A stretch of DNA of 64,000 nt, from contig CAWGGI010000004.1 of assembly GCA_963822135.1 (NCBI GenBank), positions 32,812 through 96,811 of the forward strand, given 5' to 3'. The stretch is from an uncultured Actinomycetota bacterium. GTDB lineage: Bacteria; Actinomycetota; Thermoleophilia; RBG-16-64-13. The position numbers were made by a program, and so were the translations under genes. Under the pieces are notes generated by a model that had not been told where the DNA came from, made no database searches, and saw only the letters and a program-made list of their open reading frames with translations. Every line of letters starts with the position of its first letter. Positions within the stretch are counted from its first letter, which is position 1. Shown piece by piece: positions 1 to 8,891 of this stretch.

Positions 1-109
1 GTAGGTCGCGGGATTTGGCGAAAGCTCTGAATGACGCTGACCCTTCCGGAGCCGAGCCCGGAGGCGCAGGACTGATGACCTACCACGTGCACATGAGCGA
101 GAGATAGAA

Positions 110-133
110 GGAGGGAGCCTCTTGGCTCCCTCC
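110..133 (-). terminator. GC hairpin GGAGGGAGCC-tctt-GGCTCCCTCC followed on the minus strand by a T-rich run; candidate intrinsic terminator of the secreted-protein gene pair
   Basis: Perfect 10-bp inverted repeat read directly, 55 nt downstream of the stop at 189-191. Confidence 0.4.
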
Positions 134-188
134 GGAGTTCTCAGCTTGCCCACTTCTGTCATGCTGTGGCACTGTCTGAAACTTCGCC

Positions 189-692
189 TCACTTCTCGAT
201 GATGTAGCCGGTCCTTTCTTGCACAAAGTCAAATTCCGTGGCCGTCCATTTGACCTGCAATCCGGCCACATTCCCAGACACGCCGTGACCTTCGCCGGTG
301 AGGCTGGCGACACCGGTGGCCCCGTTCACTTTGATGTTGACCGTCCCTTCCCAGACGTCGCCGGTCAGCGCCTCAGTCCTATACGTTGCGTGGCCGACGA
401 TGAAGTAGGGGGGATACGGGGGATAGGTCAGCATTCTGAAGCGATTGACACTGAAGACGGTCCAGCCGCTCAGACGGGGGTCGTTGGATACGTCCCTGAA
501 AGTCCGGACATCGCCCCAGCCGTGTACGGTAACGCCTGCCCAGAATTCGCTGTAGCTGTCGAAGTTCCAGTCGGTCATTGTCGCGGTGGTGTTGAACCCG
601 GTCTTCGCCCCGGCGCTCGCCGGTCCGACCATTACCACCACCAGCACGAGAGCCAAAACCGGGATTAGGAGAGGCAGCAACAGGCGTTTCAT
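189..692 (-). CDS. Secreted hypothetical protein, tandem paralog 1 (167 aa, signal peptide MKRLLLPLLIPVLALVLVVVMVGPASA)
   Basis: ATG at 692-690 inside the 189..1259 ORF. Hydrophobic N-terminus ending ASAGA. C-terminus TGYIIEK mirrors the upstream copy. No family recognised. Confidence 0.6.
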   Translation of the reverse strand: MKRLLLPLLIPVLALVLVVVMVGPASAGAKTGFNTTATMTDWNFDSYSEFWAGVTVHGWGDVRTFRDVSNDPRLSGWTVFSVNRFRMLTYPPYPPYFIVGHATYRTEALTGDVWEGTVNIKVNGATGVASLTGEGHGVSGNVAGLQVKWTATEFDFVQERTGYIIEK

Positions 693-748
693 GATTCCTC
701 CCTTCGTCAGGATGTGACAGAAGGCACCTACCGTTGTTCCGGTTCGCC

Positions 749-1259
749 TCACTTCTCGATGACGTAGCCGGTAGAATCTAGCGCCATGCCGAACGGCCAA
801 GTGGCCCCGTTTGCCACGGCGGTCCACTTCACCTGATATCCGGCCACGCTCCCGGACACTCCATGGCCTTGGCCGCGCTGCTGCCCATCCCGTGAGCAGG
901 TTGACCTCTTCGGTGAAGGTTCCTACCCAGACACCGCCGCCAGCCACCTCAAGCCTATAGGTACCCCAACCGTAGCCCCTCATGGCCACAAGGTCGAAGT
1001 TGAGGTTCTCGGTTATGTAGTTCGTACCAGACAGAAGGGGGTAGGTCGACACGTCCGTGGCCTCTATAGGTCCGCCGCGGAGGTGCTCGGCGGCGTCGCC
1101 GCTCGCCCAGGCTCTTTCAGGGGGGGCTGTGTAATTAGCCAACGAGTGGGTGGTAAAAGCAATCTTCTCCGCCCCGGCGCTCGCCGGTCCGGCGAGCGCT
1201 GCCACAAGGACAAGCACCAACAGGACCATCAGCCCGAGCAGGATGTATCTACGTTTCAC
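749..1259 (-). CDS. Secreted hypothetical protein, tandem paralog 2 (one frame change near 870-890)
   Basis: GTG start at 1259 with signal peptide MKRRYILLGLMVLLVLVLVAALAGPASA. After ...GTFTEEVNLLTG the homologous tail (GHGVSGSVAGYQVKW...STGYVIEK, stop 749-751) is in another frame. The 3' end cctcacttctcgatga(c/t)gtagccgg is repeated at 187 and 747. Confidence 0.55.
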
Positions 1260-1645
1260 GGGACTTCGCCTTCCTACGAGAATGTCACCGCTCGCCTGTT
1301 CCTCGCGTCTACCTCCACACTGTCCCCCTTCCTCCTTGTGGGTCGGCGGGACGAGTCATCGCGCCGCCCCCAGGGACGGTTGCGTTCTATCAGGTCGATA
1401 CTTCGCCCTCAGGCGGGCTTACGTGGGACTGAGGCGACAGGCGGGCGGCCAGACCACGCGGTCCCACAGGTGGAGACCGCCCGACAGGCAGGGACAATAC
1501 TTCATGGGCAGTAACTCCAGCATATTCCGTCTGCACGGAGAGTCAAGATGCACCGAGAAGTCGGCCTCGACGGTTTCACGGACATCTATCTTCGGGGCCT
1601 CCGTTCGCGAAGGGGTCGGCTCACACCCAGGCGCCGCATCCGTAT

Positions 1646-2608
1646 ATGATGAATCCGTCTTCGCGTATCGCTGTTCATCGGGGGTATGGCGCCATGGTTT
1701 CCGAAGACGATCACGAAGTCTTCCTGATCAGCTCCACAGACAGAGAGACGGCGGTCAGAAGCCTTCTTGGCCGAACCGACTTGGCTCGCTTCTCCGGAAA
1801 GAGCGTGGCCGTCAAGGCCAACTTCAACAGCGCCGACCCGTTCCCCGCCTCGACTCATCCCGATACGCTCACGGCCATGATCACGATGCTGCAGGAGGCC
1901 GGCGCCAGAGAGGTCACGCTGGCCGAGCGGAGTGGCATGGGAGACACCCGGGAGAACCTGGAGCGACTCGGCATCTTCGATCTCTCGAGGCGGTTGGGCT
2001 TCGGGGTCGTCGTCCTGGATGAAGAACCCAAGGAGAATTGGGTGAAGATCGAGCGCGACGGGACCCACTGGCTCCGAGGCTTCTACCTTGCGAAGACCTT
2101 CCTCGATGCCGACGTCGTGGTCCAGACCTGCTGCCTCAAGACCCATAGATTCGGCGGTCACTTCACGATGTCTCTCAAGAATTCCGTCGGTCTGGTGGCC
2201 AAGACCGTGCCCGGGGGCGTCTACAACTACATGTGGGAGCTTCATGGATCTCCCCACCAAAGGCTGATGATCGCCGAGATCAACAAGTACTACCAAGTAG
2301 ACGTGGTGGTCATGGACGCAGCGGAGGCCTTCATCAGCGGAGGTCCAGACAAGGGTGCAGGGGTCGCGCCCGGACTCATGCTCGCCTCCAGAGACAGAGT
2401 GGCCATCGACGCGGTCGGAGTGGCGATCTTGAGGAAGTTCGGCGCATCCACCCTCGCAAAGAAACCGGTCTTCGAGCTGGATCAGATCCGCAGAGCCGCG
2501 GAACTGGGAGTGGGAGCCGCGTCGGCCTCGGCAATACGGCTGACACCCCTGGACGACCGAAGCGGGGAAACCGCCGACGAGATCCGGCGCATTCTCCTGA
2601 GCGAGTGA
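1646..2608 (+). CDS. DUF362 domain-containing protein
   Basis: 320-aa ORF with DUF362-like layout (VAVKANFNSADPFPASTHPD, VVQTCCLKTHRFGGHFTMSLKNSVG, DAAEAFISGGP, ASRDRVAIDAVG). An alternative start at 1694 has a better GGGGG RBS. Confidence 0.75.
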   Translation: MMNPSSRIAVHRGYGAMVSEDDHEVFLISSTDRETAVRSLLGRTDLARFSGKSVAVKANFNSADPFPASTHPDTLTAMITMLQEAGAREVTLAERSGMGDTRENLERLGIFDLSRRLGFGVVVLDEEPKENWVKIERDGTHWLRGFYLAKTFLDADVVVQTCCLKTHRFGGHFTMSLKNSVGLVAKTVPGGVYNYMWELHGSPHQRLMIAEINKYYQVDVVVMDAAEAFISGGPDKGAGVAPGLMLASRDRVAIDAVGVAILRKFGASTLAKKPVFELDQIRRAAELGVGAASASAIRLTPLDDRSGETADEIRRILLSE

Positions 2609-2745
2609 CGGGAGCACCCGGCTGCTCGAATCCCCTCTAGGGCCGTCTCCCTAGAGCCGCCAGACCACATCCAAGGGCCCACGGGGCGCTCCCGGCCCGT
2701 CTGCGACCATCGCCCGGCGGCGGACATGCCGGACGCGCGGCGGAT

Positions 2746-2818
2746 GCGCGGCAGGTGCGCGGCGGGCAGCGCGCCAGCGCGGCAGGTGCGCGGCGGCAGC
2801 GCGGCAGGTGCGCGGCGG
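2746..2818. repeat. Imperfect GC-rich tandem repeat, core gcgcggcaggtgcgcggcgg x3
   Basis: Core copies at 2746-2765, 2777-2796 and 2799-2818, with irregular 31- and 22-nt spacing; intergenic. Confidence 0.5.
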
Positions 2819-2976
2819 GCGCCGCGGCCAGCCCGCACGCTGCGCCGGAGGCCTCGCAACGCGCGTCTCGCGGCGCCTCGTCGCGGGGCCTGCTCGCCAC
2901 AACGAACCGCGAAAGTCTTGGCCGGTTTCTGCCGATATATGGGAGCAGAAACCGCGGAAAGGTCGTGCTTGGACTG

Positions 2977-4311
2977 ATGGGTCGGCTGCATCGTTTGAGA
3001 CGCAGGTTGCTGGGCCTTGGATGGCCCTCTCGTCCCGCGCCCGTACAACCGCGGAACCCTCTCCCTGGACTTGCCGCGAATCGTAACGCCTGCCGCGATG
3101 CCCGCCCCCGCGCGACCGTCGTCAGGATCGACCTCCCCGCTCTGGCCCTCATCGGATTCGCTCTGCTGATCAGCGCCGGGATCCTGCTCTGGGTCGCGGT
3201 GTCGCCCTCCTTGGCGGTGCCCCCCACCACGACCACCGAGATAACCCTTACCGAGCAGGTCAAGACCCAGGTGGACGCCCTCACCGCTCAGGCACAGGCC
3301 ATCCAGGCCGATGTCGAAGCCCTCAACGAACAGCTCTCCGAGAACTCCGAGGCCTACAACCAGTGTCTCGCCGATCTCGAGTCGGCCAACGAGCGTCTGC
3401 TGCAGCTTCGCCGCGACGTAGCCGACGCCCAGGTCGACAAGAAGTACCGGGAAGACCGTTTCGCCGAGCGTATCCGGACCATCTACAAGTCCGGGGGTCG
3501 CGACCAGCTCCTGCAGATGCTGCTGCTCGCAGACGGCATGGAGGACCTCTACAAGCGGGTTCGCCTGGTCGCCACCCTGGCCGACCGCGACAGGGACCTC
3601 GTCAACAATCTCAAGGAGAGCAGCACCAGACTGGACCTTCTGCTCGAGGCCGCGGCCAATCAGAAGCGTGAGCAGCTCCGGCTCCAGCGGGAGCTCATCG
3701 AGCGGAAAGCGACGATAGAGGCCACGGTAGCCCAGCGTGAACAGACCCTGGCGGGTCTCGATTCGCGGGTCAGAGCGGTCATCGAGCAGGAGCGTCAACG
3801 GCAGAAGGAAGAGCAGGAGAGGATCCGCCGGGAGCTCGAGGCCCGGTTGCAGGCGGCGCTGCTGGCGGCCCGCAACCACGTGCTGAACGACGGAAAGGTG
3901 TATGCCGGCAAGCTTCCGCATACCGACGACGAGATCCTCAGTCAGGTCCTCGAGACCGCGGTGAGCTACATGGGCATCCCCTACGTCTGGGGCGGCAGCC
4001 GTCCGTCGAGCGGCCTGGACTGCTCGGGCTTCGTTCGCTACGTGTTCAAGCAGCACGGCGTCAGGCTGCCCCACTATTCCGGCTACATGGCCCAGATGGG
4101 CATCCCGGTGACTCTCGCCGAGATCCAGCCCGGCGACGTGGTGGCATTCGGATACCCCGTCCATCACGTGGGCATCTATATCGGCGACGGCCTCTTCATC
4201 CACACGCCCGGCGACTACGTCAAGATCCAGAGACTCAGCAGCCGGAAGAACCTTTCCGCCATCCGGCGCTTCACTCTGCAGATGCGGACGGGCGACCCCC
4301 TGGTCGAGTAG
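2977..4311 (+). CDS. Coiled-coil / NlpC-P60 family peptidoglycan endopeptidase (RipA/PcsB-like architecture)
   Basis: C-terminal NlpC/P60 core GIPYVWGGSRPSSGLDCSGFVRYVF...HHVGIYIGDGLFIHTPG (catalytic Cys and His). TM/signal segment LALIGFALLISAGILLWVAV, then about 250 aa of Q/E/L/R-rich heptad-like sequence. The maximal ORF starts at 2755, so the start is uncertain. Confidence 0.85.
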   Translation: MGRLHRLRRRLLGLGWPSRPAPVQPRNPLPGLAANRNACRDARPRATVVRIDLPALALIGFALLISAGILLWVAVSPSLAVPPTTTTEITLTEQVKTQVDALTAQAQAIQADVEALNEQLSENSEAYNQCLADLESANERLLQLRRDVADAQVDKKYREDRFAERIRTIYKSGGRDQLLQMLLLADGMEDLYKRVRLVATLADRDRDLVNNLKESSTRLDLLLEAAANQKREQLRLQRELIERKATIEATVAQREQTLAGLDSRVRAVIEQERQRQKEEQERIRRELEARLQAALLAARNHVLNDGKVYAGKLPHTDDEILSQVLETAVSYMGIPYVWGGSRPSSGLDCSGFVRYVFKQHGVRLPHYSGYMAQMGIPVTLAEIQPGDVVAFGYPVHHVGIYIGDGLFIHTPGDYVKIQRLSSRKNLSAIRRFTLQMRTGDPLVE

Positions 4312-4376
4312 GCGCCCTCCAGGGAGAAGCGCTCGCCCGCCTGAGCGGAGTAGTCGCCCCCCGCGCATAGCGGGTC

Positions 4377-4396
4377 ACCCGCCCGGCGGGTTTTTC
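4377..4396 (+). terminator. Rho-independent terminator after the NlpC/P60 gene
   Basis: ACCCGC-ccg-GCGGGT stem followed by TTTTT. Confidence 0.6.
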
Positions 4397-4399
4397 CGC

Positions 4400-4405
4400 T
4401 AGAAT
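4400..4405 (+). promoter_or_regulatory. -10-like TAGAAT placed for a leaderless transcript of the 4412 gene
   Basis: TAGAAT ends 6 nt before the ATG at 4412. No RBS and no convincing -35. Confidence 0.3.
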
Positions 4406-4411
4406 CGGCTT

Positions 4412-4720
4412 ATGCCGCTGCCAGCGATCATCCTGATCTGTGTGGGGTGCGCCCTCATCCTAGGAGGGCTGGTGTTCATCGGCATCAGGCTCTACGCGCT
4501 CATCAAGGCGGCACGCAAGGCGGGCATCCGCAACATGTCCGATGTGCAGGAGATAATCGCCAGGGTGCAGAGGCTGGAGCCGCGGTTCCGCGAACTGGAG
4601 AGAAACCAAGCGGCCCTGGCCGAGAGCCTGCAAAGACTCTCAGCCGAGGCCGCTGTTCTCAATTACCTCGCCGAAGAGCTCGACCGGGCGACCGGCAGTC
4701 TCTCCAGCCTCAAGAAGTAG
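4412..4720 (+). CDS. Small membrane-anchored coiled-coil protein (hypothetical)
   Basis: 102-aa ORF. One N-terminal TM helix (AIILICVGCALILGGLVFIGIRLYALI) followed by a helical E/R/L-rich tail. Confidence 0.5.
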   Translation: MPLPAIILICVGCALILGGLVFIGIRLYALIKAARKAGIRNMSDVQEIIARVQRLEPRFRELERNQAALAESLQRLSAEAAVLNYLAEELDRATGSLSSLKK

Positions 4721-4726
4721 AGCAGC

Positions 4727-4951
4727 CTAGACCGGCACTACCTCTTTGACGGCCGGGACCTGCTCCTTGAGCACCCGCTCGACCCCCATACGCAGGGTCA
4801 TCTGCGACATCGGGCAGCTACCGCAGGCGCCGACCAGCTTGACCTTGACGGTGCCGGTAGCTTCGTCGACATCCACGAGTTCGATGTTGCCGCCGTCGTT
4901 CTGGAGGGCGGGACGGATCAGATCCAGCGCCTTTTCGACATCCTCTTTCAC
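4727..4951 (-). CDS. NifU-like (Nfu C-terminal domain) Fe-S cluster scaffold/carrier protein
   Basis: 74 aa with the Nfu signature IRPALQNDGGNIELVDVD...VKLVGACGSCPMSQMTL (CxxC). Confidence 0.85.
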   Translation of the reverse strand: MKEDVEKALDLIRPALQNDGGNIELVDVDEATGTVKVKLVGACGSCPMSQMTLRMGVERVLKEQVPAVKEVVPV

Positions 4952-4966
4952 GTTCTTCTCCTTGGA

Positions 4967-6148
4967 TCAGACCTTGACGATGGTGGCGACACCCTGGCCG
5001 CCACCGACGCACATGGTGGCCAGACCGTACGTGCCGCCCTCTTGCTTGAGCGCATGGATGAGGGTGGTGATGATACGGGCGCCCGAGGCTCCGATGGGAT
5101 GCCCCAGGGCGATGGCGCCACCGTAGGGGTTGACTTTGCTCATGTCGAGACCGAGTTCCTTGGCCACTGCGCCGGCCTGGGCGGCAAAGGCCTCGTTGGA
5201 CTCGATGACATCCATCTGATCGACGGTCATGCCGGAGATCTCGAGCACCTTCTTGGTGGCGTAGTAGGGGCCCATGCCCATGTACGCGGGATCGAGAGCG
5301 GCGGAGGCGTAGGCGACCAGCGTGGCCAGAGGCTTGATGCCCCTCTTGTCCGCCCACTCCTTGGAAGTGACCACAAAGGCCGCGCCGGCGTCGTTGATGC
5401 CGGAGGCGTTGCCCGCCGTGACGGTGCCGTCTTTCTTGAAGGCCGGCTTGAGTTTGGCGAGGCCTTCGAGAGTGGTGTCGGCACGGACATGCTCGTCGGT
5501 GTCGAAGATCTTGGGATCGCCCTTCTTCTGCGGGATCTCCACCGGCACGATCTCGGCCTTGAATTTGCCGGCAGCGATGGCTGCGGTGGCCTTCACCTGG
5601 CTCTGGTAGCCGATCTCGTCCTGCACTTCCCGGGTGATCCCGTACTTCTCGGCCACGTTCTCAGCGGTGGTCCCCATGTGGTAGTCGCACATTGCGCACC
5701 ACAGACCATCGAGGATCATCATGTCCTGCAGGACCCCGTCGCCCATGCGGTAGCCCGTGCGGGCCTTGGGCACCAGGTAGGGGGCCATGCTCATGTTCTC
5801 CATACCGCCAGCCACGACCACCTCGGCTGCGCCGGCCTTCACGGCATTGGCAGCTACGTGGAGAGCCTTGGCGCCGGAGGCGCAGACCATGTTCAGAGCC
5901 CACGCATGGACGTCCTGAGGGATACCTGCCTTGAGCGCCGCCTGACGGGCGGGGTTCTGGCCCTGACCACCCTGCAGGACGTTGCCCATGATGACTTCTT
6001 CGACCTCGGTGGGCTCGACGCCGGCCCTCTTGAGGGCTTCGGTGATGGCGATGGCGCCGAGTTGGCTCGCCGGTATCTCGGCCAGCGTTCCCAGGAAGCG
6101 ACCGACGGGGGTACGGGCGGCACTGAGGATCACAACCTCTCGAGACAA
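4967..6148 (-). CDS. Acetyl-CoA C-acetyltransferase (thiolase II)
   Basis: Thiolase motifs: [25 protein letters not shown] (active-site Cys), [35 protein letters not shown] start at 6148 preceded by GGAAAGGAG gives 393 aa. The longer ORF to 6316 has a non-protein-like extension. Confidence 0.9.
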   Translation of the reverse strand: MSREVVILSAARTPVGRFLGTLAEIPASQLGAIAITEALKRAGVEPTEVEEVIMGNVLQGGQGQNPARQAALKAGIPQDVHAWALNMVCASGAKALHVAANAVKAGAAEVVVAGGMENMSMAPYLVPKARTGYRMGDGVLQDMMILDGLWCAMCDYHMGTTAENVAEKYGITREVQDEIGYQSQVKATAAIAAGKFKAEIVPVEIPQKKGDPKIFDTDEHVRADTTLEGLAKLKPAFKKDGTVTAGNASGINDAGAAFVVTSKEWADKRGIKPLATLVAYASAALDPAYMGMGPYYATKKVLEISGMTVDQMDVIESNEAFAAQAGAVAKELGLDMSKVNPYGGAIALGHPIGASGARIITTLIHALKQEGGTYGLATMCVGGGQGVATIVKV

Positions 6149-6363
6149 CGGGTTCTCCTTTCCTAGGGGAGCGCCTCTGCGTCGCGATGGCCCCCACGAC
6201 ACCGCCCTGCTGGCGCGACCCGAGTATTGATCTGCGCGAGAGAAGATACCATCCCGGGACCTCCTTGACCCGCAGATGCAGGCCTGAAGGTGCCATGGCG
6301 TGGGCCAGCCTTCCACTGGGTGGGCGCGATCACCGCGGCGCAGCGCGAAGCCCTGGCGCAGTC

Positions 6364-6421
6364 ACCACGGCGCGGAGCGACGCGCCGTGGCGGCGCCGCG
6401 GCCGGCGGGGCCGGCCGCGGC
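6364..6421 (-). terminator. Two consecutive GC-rich hairpins downstream of the 6421 gene (factor-independent terminator candidates without U-tract)
   Basis: CCACGGCGCG-gagcga-CGCGCCGTGG at 6364-6389, then GCCGCGGCCGG-cgggg-CCGGCCGCGGC at 6395-6421, which overlaps the stop codon. Confidence 0.35.
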
Positions 6422-6705
6422 TAGCCTATGATCTCGTCGAGCTCGTCGGGGTGAGGCCCCGCCCACGGCCGGGGCCCGGCAAGTGCGCGGGAGACCACGA
6501 CGCCGTTCTGGTCGAGAAGTTGGATGATCTCGGCGGTCATGGGCCAGTATTCCTGCTCCCGCTCGCTGCCCGCTGCACCCTCGGTGGCCACGTAGAGCAC
6601 TGTAAGACGCAATTCTCCGTCGACGTCGTCGGCCAGGACCCGATAGCCGCGCTCGAGCCAGTGGGTGAGTCTGGCCTCGAACTCCTTGCGATCGCTCTCG
6701 TCCAT
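6421..6705 (-). CDS. Hypothetical protein (94 aa)
   Basis: ORF with balanced, protein-like composition and no recognised domain. Confidence 0.45.
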   Translation of the reverse strand: MDESDRKEFEARLTHWLERGYRVLADDVDGELRLTVLYVATEGAAGSEREQEYWPMTAEIIQLLDQNGVVVSRALAGPRPWAGPHPDELDEIIG

Positions 6706-6759
6706 ATCGCCTCCTTCGTCCCGGCTCCCGGCTGGAGCGCCCGCCGCGACACAGAGGTT

Positions 6760-7233
6760 CTAACCGTTTGCGAGGGCGGCCAAACCCTCCTCGTCCTTGG
6801 GACGCCAGCCGGCGCTGAACAGGAAGAACAAGGCGGATGTTCGGCCCAGATGGGCGAATACCTGCGCGAGGCCTTCCGCAGCTGCGTCGAGGTCGCTTCC
6901 CGCCCCCAATTCCACCAAGTAGGCATGGAACGACGGCCGTCCGTCGATCTGCTCGCCAAAGACGCCGGCATTCTTGATGACCGCCTCGATCTTGCGGCGA
7001 TTGCGGATGACCCCGGGGTCCGATAGGAGCCGGGTCACATCCTGCTCTCCCATCTGCTCGACCTTGGCCGGGTCGAAGCCGTGAAAGGCGAGCCCCATCT
7101 CCTTCCACCTCGATTCCACCACCTTGGGGCCGAGCCCCGCGGAAAAGACCGCCCTCGCCAGCAAGGCGAAGTACTCCTGGTCGGACTGGGGATACTCGCC
7201 GGCTCTCTGCATCCAGGCCTGCTTCTCGAACAT
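6760..7233 (-). CDS. tag: DNA-3-methyladenine glycosylase I
   Basis: MFEKQAWMQ...EYFALLARAVFSAGLGPKVVESRWKEM...VIRNRRKIEAVIKNA matches the Tag family. ATG at 7233 is preceded by GGAGGAGG. Confidence 0.8.
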   Translation of the reverse strand: MFEKQAWMQRAGEYPQSDQEYFALLARAVFSAGLGPKVVESRWKEMGLAFHGFDPAKVEQMGEQDVTRLLSDPGVIRNRRKIEAVIKNAGVFGEQIDGRPSFHAYLVELGAGSDLDAAAEGLAQVFAHLGRTSALFFLFSAGWRPKDEEGLAALANG

Positions 7234-7264
7234 GGCTCCTCCTCGCCTCCGTGACCTTCTGAGC

Positions 7265-7325
7265 TGTGGCGGTCCGCATCGTGCGGCCGCCCTCACCGTG
7301 TGGCGGTCCGCGCCGTGCGGCCGCC
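7265..7325 (-). repeat. Two tandem copies (34-nt period) of a 27-nt GC hairpin unit downstream of the ABC ATPase gene; probable terminator structures
   Basis: tgtggcggtccgcatcgtgcggccgcc (7265-7291) and tgtggcggtccgcgccgtgcggccgcc (7299-7325); 25/27 identical. Confidence 0.45.
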
Positions 7326-7364
7326 GCGACGAGGCGATGGTAGGAGGAGGAGCGGAAGAAGTAT

Positions 7365-8041
7365 CTACAACAGAGGCTGGAACTTGGCGAGCCACTCGCG
7401 CGCCACGGCCGCGCGGTCACTCAGGTCGAGCTCCCGCAGCTGCTTGTCGGGCATGAGCTCGATCACGCGATCGGCGAGCTGCAGCACTTCGGTGAGGTCG
7501 TGGGTCACATAGACGGCGGTGGTCCGGTTCTCCCTCAGTATCCGCTGCAGCATGACCATCAAGGCCGCCTTGAGGGTTGCGTCCATCCCGGTGAACGGCT
7601 CGTCCAGCAGCAGGACGGCCGGCTCCACCGAAAGCGCGCGCGCCACCGAGACCCGCTGAGCCATCCCGCCGCTCAATTCGGCGGGGTGATAGTGCTCGAA
7701 CCCCGCAAGATCCACCCGGGCAAGCCAGCGCAGCGGCCTTCTCCCGGGCCTCGGCCTTGGGTATGCCTTTGGCGCGAAGCGGCGCAGCCACGTTGTCGAG
7801 GGCAGTGCGCCACGGAAGCAGGCGCGGCTCCTGGAACACGTACCCCACCACGCCCTCGGCCACCTGCACGCGTCCCCTCATCGGGGCTGAAGATGCCGGT
7901 GATGAGCTTGAGGATGGTGGTCTTTCCCGCTCCGGACGGCCCCACCACCCCCATGATCTGCCCCGTTTCGATGTGAAACGAGAGATCGTGCAGGACCTCG
8001 AGGGAATCGAAGGACTTGGTCACATGCTCGAACGTGATCAT
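7365..8041 (-). CDS. ABC transporter ATP-binding protein, NitT/TauT (nitrate/sulfonate/bicarbonate) type; two frame changes
   Basis: Walker [11 protein letters not shown]-loop [11 protein letters not shown], signature [15 protein letters not shown], Walker B LLLLDEPF and H-loop VTHD. These lie in three frames (ORFs 7673..8041, 7417..7881, 7365..7715), with shifts near 7880 and 7725. Confidence 0.8.
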
Positions 8042-8090
8042 CGGACGGCTCCCGACCCGCGTGCGGCCTCGCTCGTACCCGCTGCCGGGC

Positions 8091-8891
8091 TCATTCCGGG
8101 ACCTTCCGCCAACGCATCGCCCTCTTCTTGACGGGGCGGAGCACGCCGAACTCGATCACAGCCATGAGCACGAGCAGTACCAGGACCCAGGCGTACAGTT
8201 GCGGGGTCTCGAGAAAGCTCATGGCCCGCGAGAAGGCGTGACCGATCCCATCGGCTGCCGCCAGGACCTCCGCCAGCACCACGGCGCGGACGGCGATGCC
8301 CGTGGCCAGGGTCAGCCCTGCGATGGCAGGCGATGCGACTCCCGGCAGATAGACCTCGCGGAGCATGAGGCTCCGGGGAAAGCGGTAGACCCGGCCCATC
8401 TCCACCAACCGCCGGTCGATGGCCAGGACTCCCGCGACGGTGTTCACGTACATGGTCGGCACCACGATGAGCGCGACCACGAAGATCACGGTGAAACCGC
8501 CCAGACCGAACCAGAGCATGGCCAGCACGGCGATGATGACCGCGGGGATGGTCATGCCCACCCAGCGCAGCGGCTCGAGGAATGCCCGCAGCCTGGGTTC
8601 CAGCCCGGCCGCGACGCCGAGCAGCCAGCCCACAGCCGCGCCTATGGCGAGACCGATGACCAGACGCTCCAGCGTGATGAGCAGCTCCTTCCACAGGGTG
8701 CTGCCCCAGGCCAGATCGGCCAGAGCCTGGAGGGTATCGGCTGGGGACGCCATGATGGCCGGGCTCATGAAGAGCGAGAGTAGCTGCCATCCGACGAGGA
8801 TGGCAGCTACTCCGGCGAGGGTATAGAGCAGCCGGGAGCGCCTGGACGCGCCTCTCGGCGGTCTAGGGGGTGTAGTTGAAGTAGAAGCCAT
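8091..8891 (-). CDS. ABC transporter permease (TauC/SsuC-like)
   Basis: Multi-TM ORF with the EAA-like loop region (AFSRAMSFLETPQLYAW). The start could be 8891 or 8909; either overlaps the binding-protein gene end. Confidence 0.8.
   Translation of the reverse strand: MASTSTTPPRPPRGASRRSRLLYTLAGVAAILVGWQLLSLFMSPAIMASPADTLQALADLAWGSTLWKELLITLERLVIGLAIGAAVGWLLGVAAGLEPRLRAFLEPLRWVGMTIPAVIIAVLAMLWFGLGGFTVIFVVALIVVPTMYVNTVAGVLAIDRRLVEMGRVYRFPRSLMLREVYLPGVASPAIAGLTLATGIAVRAVVLAEVLAAADGIGHAFSRAMSFLETPQLYAWVLVLLVLMAVIEFGVLRPVKKRAMRWRKVPE

Noticed and set aside
2746-2818. GC-rich short tandem repeats considered as a possible CRISPR array or VNTR
   Set aside because: There are only three imperfect 20-nt cores at irregular 31- and 22-nt spacing, with no unique spacers of CRISPR length and no cas genes in the window. 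The pattern looks like low-complexity GC-rich intergenic sequence or hairpins.
2609-2976. c-di-AMP (ydaO-type) riboswitch in front of the NlpC/P60 hydrolase, as known for actinobacterial wall hydrolases
   Set aside because: Short matches (GAAUCCCC, ACGGGGCG) exist, but the characteristic CAGCUAACCUCGUA-like segment and the pseudo-symmetric architecture are missing. Only a simple 9-10-bp hairpin (2924-2953) precedes the start.
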